This document shows, one piece after another, positions 18,850-28,800 of a stretch of 64,000 nt of DNA (the first letter of the stretch is position 1; each line of letters begins with the position of its first letter). The position numbers were made by a program, and so were the translations under genes. A model generated the notes under the pieces. It saw only the letters and a program-made list of their open reading frames with translations. It ran no database searches and was not told where the DNA came from. Origin of the DNA: Polyangiales bacterium (GTDB taxonomy: Bacteria; Myxococcota_A; Polyangia; Polyangiales; Polyangiaceae); NCBI GenBank assembly GCA_038231275.1, contig JBBRLQ010000014.1:32001-96000 (forward strand), read 5' to 3'.

Positions 18850-19799
18850 ATCGCCTCCTTTTCTCGGTCTTCGCGTTCGCCACACTTCCCGTCGCGTGCC
18901 GATCGGCTCCGCCTGCGCCCGCAACGTCATCGGACTCGTCCATCACCTCCGTCGCCTCCGTCGCACCTGCGTCATCCGTCGCGGCACCCACGGCCTCCGG
19001 GCCCTCGCTCGTCGCGTCGCGCCCGTACGCAATCACGATTCCCACCGCAGGAGCTACCCCGCACGCGCTCGTCGTCCTGCTTCATGGGTACGGCGGCAAC
19101 GGTGCCGAGATCGACGGCGGTTGGGGAATCAGCGCGCTCGGCCGCCGCGAGGGATTCGCGGTCGCCGTCCCCGATGGAACGCCCGACGCGGGCGGCCGTC
19201 GTTTCTGGAACGCCTCCGAGGCGTGCTGCGGCTTCGACGATCCGCGCGCGAAGGTCGACGACGTCGCGTACATCCGCGCGATCCTCGATGACGCGTCCGC
19301 GCGCACGCCGATCGATCCGAAGCGCATCTTCGTCGTCGGCTTCTCCAACGGCGGATTCATGGCGCATCGTCTCGGCTGCGAGCTGTCCGATCGCCTCGCC
19401 GCGGTCGTGAGCGTCGCCGGCGCCGCCAACACGGACCCCTCGCGCTGCACCCCGACGTCACCGGTCAGCGTCGTGCAAGTCCACGGGACCGACGACAACG
19501 TGATCGCAATGGCCGGTGGCCGCACGTTCAACAAACCTTCGCGCGAATACCCATCCGTCGCGCAGACCATGGCGCAATGGAGCACGCGCCTGGGGTGCAG
19601 CGGCGCGCCCGAGGAAGGCGCCGCCCGCTTGGACTTGGACGCGCGCATCCCCGGCGCCGAGACGCGCGTGGATCGGTGGCGCGGCTGCAAGGCCGGGCTC
19701 GAGCTCTGGACCATCGACGGCGCCGGTCACGGCTTCGCGGCGACACCGTCGTGGTCCGAGTCGCTGTGGGCCTTCTTCAAGGCCCACCCGAAGCGCTGA
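18846..19799 (+). CDS. PHB-depolymerase/LpqC-type esterase lipoprotein
   Basis: LVVLLHGYG, WNASEACC, VDDVAYI, GFSNGG, HGTDD and GAGH motifs; GTG overlaps the upstream TGA. Confidence 0.88.
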   Translation: MNRLLFSVFAFATLPVACRSAPPAPATSSDSSITSVASVAPASSVAAPTASGPSLVASRPYAITIPTAGATPHALVVLLHGYGGNGAEIDGGWGISALGRREGFAVAVPDGTPDAGGRRFWNASEACCGFDDPRAKVDDVAYIRAILDDASARTPIDPKRIFVVGFSNGGFMAHRLGCELSDRLAAVVSVAGAANTDPSRCTPTSPVSVVQVHGTDDNVIAMAGGRTFNKPSREYPSVAQTMAQWSTRLGCSGAPEEGAARLDLDARIPGAETRVDRWRGCKAGLELWTIDGAGHGFAATPSWSESLWAFFKAHPKR

Positions 19800-21521
19800 C
19801 TACTTCAGCTGCTGCGCGAGCGCCGCGTTGAAGGCGCCGACGTACGCCACGTAGCCGGCGCGGAAGTCCGCGAGCGTGTGCGAGTACGAGACGTCCGGCG
19901 TGACGCCGTTGTCCTCGATGAAGCGCGACTCAGGGTATGCGCCGGTCGGATCGTAGACCGTGCCGAGACCGCGCGAGATGCGCAGCTGCCCCTGCGTGTT
20001 CGTCAGCGTCGCGACCTGCTCGACGTTCCCGCCGCCGCCCATCGTGCGCTGCCCGAACAGCGGCGCGAGGCCATTGGCTTGCACGAGGAGAGGAACGAAG
20101 TCCGCGCACGACACCGACAGCTCATCGGTGAGCATCATAAAGGGCTTGGTCCAATGCGCCGCGTCCGCATCGAGCGTCGGCGTCGCGGTGAACATCGGGA
20201 GCGGGACGCTGAGCGGCTTCTTGGCGCTGTACGCGTCGTCGACGAGGTGCGCGTCCTGCATGAACACCGCGGCGAGCGGGTCGTTCGGATCCGCCTGCGC
20301 GACCTGCGTGGACGCGTCCGCGAAGCTCTGGATCCAGAGCCGATCGCCGTGCATCTCCTGGACCATGCTGTTCACCGTCTTCGGCGCGAGCAGCGAGACG
20401 ACGCCGAACGCGAAGGAGACGGAGCCGCCCGGGTTGTGCGTCTCGTCGAACACGAGCGCGTCGACCTGCGTCTGCTGCTCGTCGAAGAGGGCGCGAATGT
20501 AGTTGAGCGCGGCGCCCGCGTCGGCCGGCGTGTAGTCGGGGAGACGGAAGAGGAGGACCTTCTTGCCGTTCGTCGTGTACGTCGCCGCGAAGTAATCGAT
20601 CTGGGCCGCTGCGTCGGCGCTGACGCCGAACTTCGCGAGCGCCGCCGCGCTGGGCTTCACCTCGGCGGTGATTCCGAGGGACGCTTTGACGGCGTCCGTC
20701 ATGTAGAACGGAACCCGCGCGCCCAACTTGCCGAGCTCTTCGCGCGTGACCTCGGCGGCGATGTCCGACGCGGCCGTCATCGTCTTCGGACCCGACTTGC
20801 CGGCCTGCGGCGGCGGCGCGAGCGGCGGGAGGAGGTGCGGGATCTCTGCCCACGCGACGACCGCGTCTCGGAGGGTGCCGTCGGTGCCGCGGAGGTGAAG
20901 CTTCGCTTGCGCGCCGGCCTTGAGGCCCTTCGACAGGTACACCGATCGCGAGGTCAGACGCGCCGCCGCGATGTGCGCGGACGAGAGCGCGTTCGGCGTG
21001 CCGACGTATTTCAGGAAGCCCGCCGCGAGATCCTTCGCCGACTTGCCGTCGATCGCCAAAAGCTCGTCGCCCACCTTGACCTGGTCGCCGACAGCCGCGC
21101 CCACGCGGTAGACGACAAACGTGTCCTCGACCGGCATCACCGCCACCGGGATCCGGAACGCGTGGGAGGTGTCGTTCACGAGCTCCATCGAGAGCGACAC
21201 GTGCGCGTCCTGGAAGCGCGACACGAACTCCTGGAAGATGCCGCGGTACTCGGCCTCCGTCCGCGCATGCTTCACGCGCGCGCGATAGTCGGTGACGAGC
21301 GACTCGAACTTGAAGCCGTACCGCGCCTCCTTCCGGACGAGCGCGCCGTACAGTCCGCGGAAGGACGTCGCGATCTGGTCGAAGTCGGCGAGCGCTTCCC
21401 CGTTCGTGATGCCGCGGAGCTCGCTGGTGTCGCTCGTGTCGCTCTGTGAATCGGAGGAGCCGCACGCAGCGACGGTGAGAGCGAGAACAACCGCGGCGAG
21501 GGGCTTCGAGAGAACCTTCAT
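19800..21521 (-). CDS. S41 family peptidase lipoprotein with PDZ domain, CPAF-like
   Basis: FQDAHV, DETHNPGGS, SVSCADFVP, RTMGGGGNV and FIEDNGVTPD motifs; lipobox VAAC. Confidence 0.85.
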   Translation of the reverse strand: MKVLSKPLAAVVLALTVAACGSSDSQSDTSDTSELRGITNGEALADFDQIATSFRGLYGALVRKEARYGFKFESLVTDYRARVKHARTEAEYRGIFQEFVSRFQDAHVSLSMELVNDTSHAFRIPVAVMPVEDTFVVYRVGAAVGDQVKVGDELLAIDGKSAKDLAAGFLKYVGTPNALSSAHIAAARLTSRSVYLSKGLKAGAQAKLHLRGTDGTLRDAVVAWAEIPHLLPPLAPPPQAGKSGPKTMTAASDIAAEVTREELGKLGARVPFYMTDAVKASLGITAEVKPSAAALAKFGVSADAAAQIDYFAATYTTNGKKVLLFRLPDYTPADAGAALNYIRALFDEQQTQVDALVFDETHNPGGSVSFAFGVVSLLAPKTVNSMVQEMHGDRLWIQSFADASTQVAQADPNDPLAAVFMQDAHLVDDAYSAKKPLSVPLPMFTATPTLDADAAHWTKPFMMLTDELSVSCADFVPLLVQANGLAPLFGQRTMGGGGNVEQVATLTNTQGQLRISRGLGTVYDPTGAYPESRFIEDNGVTPDVSYSHTLADFRAGYVAYVGAFNAALAQQLK

Positions 21522-21699
21522 TTGGCGCGTCCTTTGGTGAGCGTCCGCGGTGGGCAAGAGTGCCACCACGCCGCGAGGGGTGAGTGAATGGCGCACAAAT
21601 GCCCTGGGCGCCATGTCCGCGTGGGCACGGGCCTTTCTTTCTTTGGACAGCCACGCGGCAGGAGCGGAAAGTTCCGCTGGAGTCAGCCGCGGCGAGCGG

Positions 21700-22965
21700 T
21701 CACCGGACGGGAACGGGCTTCACGCCGACGCACGCCGACACTTCGAGCAGGATGTGGAAGAGCGCCTTCTCCTGCGCGAGGAGCGTGCTCGAGCCGCCGT
21801 TGTCAGTCCCCTCGGCGTGGTAGGTGCTGTACATCACGCGCCCGCACTTGTCCTGGAAGCTCACCGTCGCGATGCGCGCTTGGCTGCCGACCATCGTGCT
21901 CGCCCACACCTTCGGTGTGATCGTGACGGTCTTGCCGTCCTCGTCGAGGCCCTGCTGCGGCGAGGTGCTGTCGACGCCGACGTAGTTCTTCTGGAGCTGC
22001 GCGTTCTGCTCGCCGATCGCGTCCATCCAGGCCTTGAGCGCCGGATCCTGGAACTGCGCGGCGCCGCTGTAGTCGCCGATCGTGCATGCCGAGCCGATGA
22101 CCTTGGGATCGTCGCCCGTGAACTTCAGGAAGCCTGGCCACGTCTGGTTCACGTACTCGTAGCTCCAGTCGGTGACGTAGAGCTTGCCGCCGCGCTGGAT
22201 GAAGTCCTTCACCACCGCCTTCGAGCCGGAGCTCGGCGAGTAGATGCCGGAGCACGAGACGCCGCTCCCGGTGCCGGGATCCTGCACCTGGCCCGCGCAC
22301 GGGATGAAGATGATGTGGTACTTCGACGCGACCGCGGTGTCGTCGAGCGTGTGATCGATCTGGAAGCCGCCGGGCGGGCCGTCGAACTCCGTGATGCCGA
22401 GCTTCTTGAGCGAGTTGTCGATCGAGTCCCAGTTGGCCGCCATCACCTTCATCTTCGGGATGGTGTCGCCGTTCGCCGTGTCGTTCTTGCCGGGGAGTCG
22501 CGTGTCGTCGGCCTTGGAGCCTTGCGGCCCCGCGTGCACGTTCACCTTGCGGACGCGGCGGAACTGGCCCTTTTGGGTGACCATGTACTGGTCGCCCTCT
22601 TCGTAGACCGGCAGCTTGAAGAAGCCGTGCGCGTCCGAGTAGGTGAACGCGTAGGACGTCAGCTCGACGCACTTGTCGCAGTAGGTGCCGCTCGGGATGG
22701 GAGCCGGCAGCTCACGCGTAAGGTAGACGAGCGCGCCGGAGATCGGGATCGTGCCTTCCGGCGCGATGACGTTGCCGGTCACCTCGCCGATCGCAGGCGG
22801 GATCGCGTCGCTGCCGCCGCCTGCGTCGGTGCCGAACGACTGACCGCCGTCTCCTCCCGCACCGCCGCCGCTCGAGGCGCCGTCGTCGAAGCCGCCGGCG
22901 TGCTTGCCGCACGCGACGAAGGAGAGGCCGAGGACGGCCAGAGGGAGCGCGGCGAGGCGAATCAT
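21700..22965 (-). CDS. Lipoprotein with carboxypeptidase-regulatory-like (prealbumin-fold) N-domain
   Basis: Lipobox FVAC; VTGNVIAPEGTIPISGALVY, CDKC, KGQFRR; C-terminal GGKLYVTDW and GRVMYSTYH suggest a GATase-like alpha/beta domain. Confidence 0.65.
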   Translation of the reverse strand: MIRLAALPLAVLGLSFVACGKHAGGFDDGASSGGGAGGDGGQSFGTDAGGGSDAIPPAIGEVTGNVIAPEGTIPISGALVYLTRELPAPIPSGTYCDKCVELTSYAFTYSDAHGFFKLPVYEEGDQYMVTQKGQFRRVRKVNVHAGPQGSKADDTRLPGKNDTANGDTIPKMKVMAANWDSIDNSLKKLGITEFDGPPGGFQIDHTLDDTAVASKYHIIFIPCAGQVQDPGTGSGVSCSGIYSPSSGSKAVVKDFIQRGGKLYVTDWSYEYVNQTWPGFLKFTGDDPKVIGSACTIGDYSGAAQFQDPALKAWMDAIGEQNAQLQKNYVGVDSTSPQQGLDEDGKTVTITPKVWASTMVGSQARIATVSFQDKCGRVMYSTYHAEGTDNGGSSTLLAQEKALFHILLEVSACVGVKPVPVR

Positions 22966-23075
22966 GGCGCGGGACTTCACGGCGCCCGAAGTCTGATCCG
23001 CAAGAGGGCTGAATTCAAGCCTTCCGTGACGATTTTAGAGCAAATGCTCCAACCTACATGGTGGGCCGCGACGCG

Positions 23076-26000
23076 TTACTGCGCGGCCTTCGACTCGGCG
23101 AAGAACGGGCAGCTGATGTCCGCGAGGCAACCGTGCGTGGTCGGGTGGCTCAGGTAGTAGACGTCCTTGCCCTCGCTCGCGAAGAAGCGCGCCATGAGGC
23201 CGTTGCCGTAGGTCGCGTAGTCCCAGCGGCGGCAGACGTCGGGCGCGTCCCAGGTGTGCTGGCCTTTGAGCTCGAGGTAGTGGTTCAAGACCGCGACGAC
23301 CTTGTCGTTGGCCGGCCACGCTTGATCGTCGGGCACGAACGGGATTCCGCGAAGGCGCGGCTCCCACGCGTGGGCGAGCGACGCGGCGTCGGTCGGATGG
23401 AGGCCGGCGATGCGGCCGAGGCGAACCGGCACGTCGGCGTGCGGCTGGTCGAGCTTGCTCTTGCCCTCGCTCACCCAGTCCACGTCGTAGAGCGCCTTCG
23501 AGCACGCCTCGGTGTCGATCGACTTGGTGTCGTTGCAGGTCGGCGTCTTCGCGTCGAGGTAGTTCGGCTTGCAGCCGGGACCGGCGTGCGTCCGCGCGAG
23601 GCGGGCGACGCCCTCGGCCACGAAGTTCTGGATGTACACCTGCGCAGGCGTGCGGCCGCCGAGCTGGTCGTAGAGCGCCTGCGGGGTCACATAGTCGGCG
23701 TACTCGGGGTACTTCGCGAGCGCTTGCGGCGGCAAGAACGGCACCCCGCCAGCCGCGCGCGCGAACGTGATGCCGGTCGCGATGTTCACGAACGCGTCGC
23801 CCACGGTGTTGATCGAGAGGAGGCCATGCGGCGCGACCGGGTGGTCGTTCTCGTCGAGGAGCGGCCGGATCATGTAGTACGGCGCGAAGTTGATCGGATC
23901 GGCCGGATCGACCGCCGCTTGCGCGAGATCGCGGAGGCGACGAAGGTGCGGCGTCTGGCGTGGGAAGCCGAAGCCGTCGTTCGGCGCCGCGAGCGACGAC
24001 CCGACCGGGAAGAACGTGTCCCGGAATTGCTGGCAGCCGCTGTCGCCATCGCAGTGCGTCTTGTCGCCGTCGGCGACCGGGAAATTCTTGAACGACGCCT
24101 TCTCCCACGTGCTCACGCGCCTCCCAACCGGCGCGTTGGCGAGGACGCGACAGCCGTCGTACGATTGGACGACGTCCGGCGCGGTGTAGACCTGGAAGTC
24201 GACCTTGTCGCCTTTGGTGGCGGGGAGCGAGATGCGGAACCGGCCGTCGACGCTCGTGCGCGCGCAGCGGACCTCGCGGTTGCGGAGGTTCGTCGCGACG
24301 ACGGTGAAATTCTCCGCGAGCTCCTCCGGCTTGAGGCACGCGATCTCGAGCTCGCGCGACTCGTCGCCTTCGTTCACGATCCATCGGAGGGTGCGTTCGG
24401 TGGGTTGGCAAAGCGTCCCGAGCTCGCTGTCCTTCTGTTTGTCGGGGCGCTCGGCTGCCGGGAGGCTGATGAGGAGCGGTCCGAGCATTTGCTCGGTGAC
24501 GGCCTCGGTGACGCCGTACGAGCGCACGCCGACGTCGACGAGCGCGCCGCCGCCGCTCATGGGCGACGTCTGCGAGAGGTACGGATCGATGCCGCCTTGA
24601 ATCTCGCTCATGATGCCGCCGAGCGACTCGCCGGCCGCCGAGTACTTCACGTTGGGTCCGCCGACGTCGACCGTGCCATCGCCGTCGAAGTCGCCTGCGA
24701 GATCGAGCTGCCCGTCGCCGTTGTAGTCCTGCGTCGCCTTCTTCACGCCGTCGAACGATCGCAAGATGCGCGTCAGCTGCATCCCGTCGAGGATGCCCTG
24801 CCGAACGTTGTCGCGAACGTGGAAGACGTGCGCCGTCCACCAGAACCACCCCGAGTCGGGGACGCCGTCGCCGTTCAGGTCGTGCGCGCGCCCGGTGTTG
24901 ATGCCGTTCTCCCACGGCACGAGGCACGTCTCGTTCAGCTTCGCCTTGGTGATGAGCTCTTCGCCGGGCTTCAGCGCGATGCCGTGCTCCGGGTTGTCGT
25001 ACATGACGAGCGCGATGCCCTGCCGCGCGTAGTCGCCGGCGTACACGAGCAGCTCGTCGGTGTGCGACGTCACGCCGTGTCCGTAGAAGGCGACGGGGAA
25101 GGGCGGCTTCATCGTCGCGGTGGTCTTCGGCACGCTCAGCCAGAAGGTCACCGTGTCGGGGCGCACGTCGCCCTCGCCGGTCTTGAAGTTCACGTGGAAG
25201 CGCGTCTCTTCGTCGCGCGACGCCGGATCACCGAGCAAAAAAGGCGATTTGAAGTTTCCGATGACGACGTGGTCGACGTGCTCGAGCTGGTTCAAGAGCC
25301 CCGCGGTGTCGCCCGGATCGAAGTTGAAGAGATCCGTGAAGAACGAGTGGAACGCGTCGGTCACGTCCGGATCGCTCACCTTCACGACGTAAGGCGTCTT
25401 GTTTCGCTTGGCGCAGACCGGATCGTTGTCGGGCACCGGATCGTTCGGATCGCTCGTTCGGCCCGCTGCCTTGAAGATGCTGACGTCGGCCGGATACTCG
25501 CTCTTCCACCGCCAGAACGGCCCGGTGCCGTAGAGCCCGTTCCTGAGGAGCTGCATGTCCTCGTGGACCGGCTGCGTCGTGAAGCTCCACACGAACTGAA
25601 CGTGCCCGAGACCGCTCCCCGAGAGATCGCCGTAGTACGCGGCGAAGCGACCGTCGTTCATGTACGCCCGCGCCGCCTCTGCGCCGCGACGCTGGAGCGG
25701 GTGGTGCACGTACGGGAACGGCGAGCGCACCGGCTGGCCGTCGTAGCCCTTGAGGCGATCGGTGATGACGACCGCGTACTCCGTCTTCTCCTCGAGCGGG
25801 ATCACGGGACGGAGGATGAGCGTGTCGGTCTCGCGCTCGTACCAGGTCATGAGATCGTCGACGCCGGCGATCTGACCAGGCTTGAGCGGCCCGAGCGTGT
25901 TCGGATGATCGAGCACACCGTCGAAGTCGCGATCGAGCGAAGGCCGGTAATCCGCCTGCGTGAGGCCAGCGCCCTCTTCGACCGTCTCGAACAGGAGGTT

Positions 26001-26549
26001 CGACTCGCTCGCCTTCGGATCGTTCGGCCAGTACCGCCACGGATCGCGGAGCGTCTGCGGGTAGTAGCCTTCGCCGGCGTCGAGGACCATCGGCACGCCG
26101 GTCCGCAGGTTGATCAGGTAAACCGGATCGTCCGAAAAATCGTGGCCGTCGCCCTGCATATGGGCGCGCACGTCCTCGAGGTTGATCGCCGCCTTCGTCG
26201 GATCGCCGGTGAGGCCGCGATCGAACGACAGCGTGATGGGCGAGCTCGTGCCCCAGCCTTCCATCTCGCTGAAGCCCTGCCGCGCGATCTCTTCCATCCA
26301 CGACGGCGCGATGAGGCTCGCGTTGATGCGCATCCCCGTCCGGCTCGTCGGGTCCGCGAACGTGGCGATGTCGTTCGGGATGGGCACGTCGGGGAGCGGC
26401 CTGTGCGACAGGTCCCACTTGATGACCGGCCCGGTGCCCGGAGGCGTCGCGCGGAGACCCACCGGCGCGGTGTCGACGCCGCATCCTTGAGACAAGACGA
26501 CGGCTGCGGCGAGGGCAGCAGCGACTCCGAACCCGGTGGTGGTCTTCAT
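23076..26549 (-). CDS. Giant lipoprotein: Ig-like plus alpha/beta-hydrolase (lipase-like); paralogue B
   Basis: Collinear with 5543..8959 (CGVDTAPxGLRATP, DPTSRTG, TWYERETDTLILRP, QFRDTF, DPxNFAPYY); GESLGG, GDAFV, GQH. Confidence 0.75.
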   Translation of the reverse strand: MKTTTGFGVAAALAAAVVLSQGCGVDTAPVGLRATPPGTGPVIKWDLSHRPLPDVPIPNDIATFADPTSRTGMRINASLIAPSWMEEIARQGFSEMEGWGTSSPITLSFDRGLTGDPTKAAINLEDVRAHMQGDGHDFSDDPVYLINLRTGVPMVLDAGEGYYPQTLRDPWRYWPNDPKASESNLLFETVEEGAGLTQADYRPSLDRDFDGVLDHPNTLGPLKPGQIAGVDDLMTWYERETDTLILRPVIPLEEKTEYAVVITDRLKGYDGQPVRSPFPYVHHPLQRRGAEAARAYMNDGRFAAYYGDLSGSGLGHVQFVWSFTTQPVHEDMQLLRNGLYGTGPFWRWKSEYPADVSIFKAAGRTSDPNDPVPDNDPVCAKRNKTPYVVKVSDPDVTDAFHSFFTDLFNFDPGDTAGLLNQLEHVDHVVIGNFKSPFLLGDPASRDEETRFHVNFKTGEGDVRPDTVTFWLSVPKTTATMKPPFPVAFYGHGVTSHTDELLVYAGDYARQGIALVMYDNPEHGIALKPGEELITKAKLNETCLVPWENGINTGRAHDLNGDGVPDSGWFWWTAHVFHVRDNVRQGILDGMQLTRILRSFDGVKKATQDYNGDGQLDLAGDFDGDGTVDVGGPNVKYSAAGESLGGIMSEIQGGIDPYLSQTSPMSGGGALVDVGVRSYGVTEAVTEQMLGPLLISLPAAERPDKQKDSELGTLCQPTERTLRWIVNEGDESRELEIACLKPEELAENFTVVATNLRNREVRCARTSVDGRFRISLPATKGDKVDFQVYTAPDVVQSYDGCRVLANAPVGRRVSTWEKASFKNFPVADGDKTHCDGDSGCQQFRDTFFPVGSSLAAPNDGFGFPRQTPHLRRLRDLAQAAVDPADPINFAPYYMIRPLLDENDHPVAPHGLLSINTVGDAFVNIATGITFARAAGGVPFLPPQALAKYPEYADYVTPQALYDQLGGRTPAQVYIQNFVAEGVARLARTHAGPGCKPNYLDAKTPTCNDTKSIDTEACSKALYDVDWVSEGKSKLDQPHADVPVRLGRIAGLHPTDAASLAHAWEPRLRGIPFVPDDQAWPANDKVVAVLNHYLELKGQHTWDAPDVCRRWDYATYGNGLMARFFASEGKDVYYLSHPTTHGCLADISCPFFAESKAAQ

Positions 26550-28297
26550 CAGAACAGCAGGCCTCCCCTAGCAATCCAGATCCACGGAAGCTTCATGCGA
26601 TCCCCGTCGATGTTCGCGAGCGCGGCGCCGGGGAAGAGCACGCCGGTTTGGAATCCGAGCGTCGCGACGACGCCGTAGTCGAGCTTGAAGCGCGCCTCGG
26701 CGCCGCCGTCGATCTCGAGGCCGAGATCGTGGCGCCTCGCGTCGCCGCCGCGGTAGTTCACGGCCGCGCCTTGCGTGGCGAGGCGATACGGATCGACGAC
26801 ATCCGCGGTCGCCTGCGCGAGGAGCATTCCGCCCTTGAGATCCAGCCAGCGCAGGGGCCGGTAGATCATCGTCGGATTGACGTACTGCGCGCCGGCGATT
26901 CCGCCGTTGGTCGCGAGGAGATCGACGCCCGGCGTGGGGCGTGTGCCGTTCTGGAGGAGCGGATCCTGCGCAGCGCTCGCGGCGCGCGCGGTCTGCCAGC
27001 GCATGACCTCGTCGAAGAGGAGGAGGCCGACTTTGTGGTTCGGATCGAAGACGAAGCGTCGCTCGGTCCCGTCGTACGGATCGGCGTCGCCGGACGCGTA
27101 GCCAATTTCGAGCTGCGCGACGAGATCGCCATAGGCGGCCTTGTTGGGGAGCTCGCCGCCAGGTGTGGCGGGCTCGTCGTACGCGCGATGCACGACGCCG
27201 ACCTGGATCGCGCCGCCGTACGAGCGCAGCGTCGTCTTCGTCCCGTCCTGCACTTGCTCGGCCGTGCGCACGGCGTTCGTCGATCCGAAGATCGCCGCCG
27301 CCTCGAAGCCGCCGAACGCGAACGCGTCTTGCCCCTGCACCGGCACGACGAACTTTCCCGTCACGTCGAGGACGCCGGCGTCGATCGTGTCGGTGTACGG
27401 GAAGATCGACGAGCCGCTCGTCCTGTCCTTCGTCTGGTGGCGGTAGACGCCGTAGACGCCGATCTGGTTGTCGCCGTGCGAGTAGAGCGCGCCGGCGACG
27501 CCCTGGAACGCGTGGTCGCCGCGCGTGAGGCGCGCGTTCGCGTCGCGGAAGACGAGATCGCCGGCGACGAGCACGGTGAGCGGGCTGTCTTTGCCGCCGG
27601 GCTTGGTCGCGAAGAGGATGCGCTCGTCGATCGATCCGTAGCGGTAGTCGCCGAACGTCGAGACGTGATCGCCGTCGTTGGCGAGGATGCCCATGCCCCA
27701 GTGGCTCGGTTGCTGGCCGACGCGGAGGATGCCGATGCCGGTGTCGATCTGCGCGTAGAGCCAGCGCGGCTGCACGTTCTTGAAGCCGTCGTACGAGTCG
27801 CGCGGCGTCTGATCGGCGAAGCTGTCGTGCGCGAGATCTCCGAGGAGGAGGCCGGTCACGACGTCCATCTGGGCGACGATCTCGAGCCAGCTCTTCACCT
27901 GGAGGCGCGGCGTGATGCGCAGCCAGTGGTTCATGTACCGGTTCTGGCCGAGCGAGTCCTCGGTCGCGCGTCCGCCGGCGGCGCGGTCGTTGATGACCTG
28001 CGTGGACGGATCGAGCGGGAAGCTGCGCAAGCTCGTGCCGCGGAGCTGGTACTCGCCGTGGATCTGGAAGCGGACCACGTCCGGCTCGGCGGGTCGGACC
28101 GGCGGCCTCCCGGTGTCGAGCACCAGCCTGGCGAAGTCCTTGGGGATGACCGGCTCCTCCGCGCGCGCGTCGGGGGCGGCGCACAACAAGAGGAGGAGGG
28201 AGGCGGGCGCGAGGAGAATGCGGCGGGCGCGCGTCGACGAGGAGCGCGGAAGGAGGGGGCGGAGGAGGATCGGGCTGGGGAGGGGGAGGGATGTCAT
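26549..28297 (-). CDS. Outer-membrane beta-barrel protein (TIGR04551/AlgE-like)
   Basis: Signal peptide ending ARA-E; amphipathic strands; GQQPSHWGMGILANDGD and GYASGD motifs; C-terminal Phe; TGATG overlap with paralogue B. Start codon uncertain (28297 or 28339). Confidence 0.7.
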   Translation of the reverse strand: MTSLPLPSPILLRPLLPRSSSTRARRILLAPASLLLLLCAAPDARAEEPVIPKDFARLVLDTGRPPVRPAEPDVVRFQIHGEYQLRGTSLRSFPLDPSTQVINDRAAGGRATEDSLGQNRYMNHWLRITPRLQVKSWLEIVAQMDVVTGLLLGDLAHDSFADQTPRDSYDGFKNVQPRWLYAQIDTGIGILRVGQQPSHWGMGILANDGDHVSTFGDYRYGSIDERILFATKPGGKDSPLTVLVAGDLVFRDANARLTRGDHAFQGVAGALYSHGDNQIGVYGVYRHQTKDRTSGSSIFPYTDTIDAGVLDVTGKFVVPVQGQDAFAFGGFEAAAIFGSTNAVRTAEQVQDGTKTTLRSYGGAIQVGVVHRAYDEPATPGGELPNKAAYGDLVAQLEIGYASGDADPYDGTERRFVFDPNHKVGLLLFDEVMRWQTARAASAAQDPLLQNGTRPTPGVDLLATNGGIAGAQYVNPTMIYRPLRWLDLKGGMLLAQATADVVDPYRLATQGAAVNYRGGDARRHDLGLEIDGGAEARFKLDYGVVATLGFQTGVLFPGAALANIDGDRMKLPWIWIARGGLLF

Positions 28298-28582
28298 CAA
28301 GCTGGGCTCTCGGCGCGGCAGCATACTCGGGCTGTGCACCTACACGAGATCCGTTCGCGGAGGTCGAAACCGACCCTGCCCGAGACCGTCGCGAGACGAT
28401 TCTCCTCACGGTCCGCATTCAGCGCCTTCGCGAGGCTGCGCGCGCGTGCTCGCGATTCGCGAGCTGGTGGATCGAACGTCGCTCACATTTGGATCCATTG
28501 ACGCACACTGTACGTGTCTGCTGCACCGCGTAATCGCTTGGAAATTCGAGAGATGGGATTCAACCTTCCTAGCGGTCAAAGG

Positions 28583-28598
28583 TGGTTCGATGTGTGCA
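28583..28598 (+). promoter_or_regulatory. Possible sigma54 (-24/-12) promoter
   Basis: TGGTTCGATGTGTGCA has GG-N10-GC spacing; AT-rich TAATCGCTTGGAAATTC at 28531-28547 upstream. Confidence 0.4.
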
Positions 28599-28688
28599 GT
28601 AGCTCTTCCTGCGCGGCAACGCGTGGGTGACCTCCGGCCCTCGTCGTTCGAGATCGATCGACTTCAAGCGGAAGATGCCACGGACTCG

Positions 28689-28800
28689 TTTCTCTCTCGC
28701 TCCGTCTCGTCTCTCTCTACAGTCCCCTCTCTTCTCTCCGTTCTCTCTCTCTCTCTCTCGCCCTCCATCCCTCATCGCGCTGCCCGTCTCCTGCCTCCTC
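28689..28800. repeat. Polypyrimidine (CT)n-rich tract
   Basis: About 110 nt that are mostly C/T on the + strand, including a pure TC dinucleotide run at about 28742-28759. Confidence 0.9.

Noticed and set aside
28569..28775. 68-aa minus-strand ORF MRDGGRERERE...
   Set aside because: Simply the translation of the GA-rich low-complexity tract.
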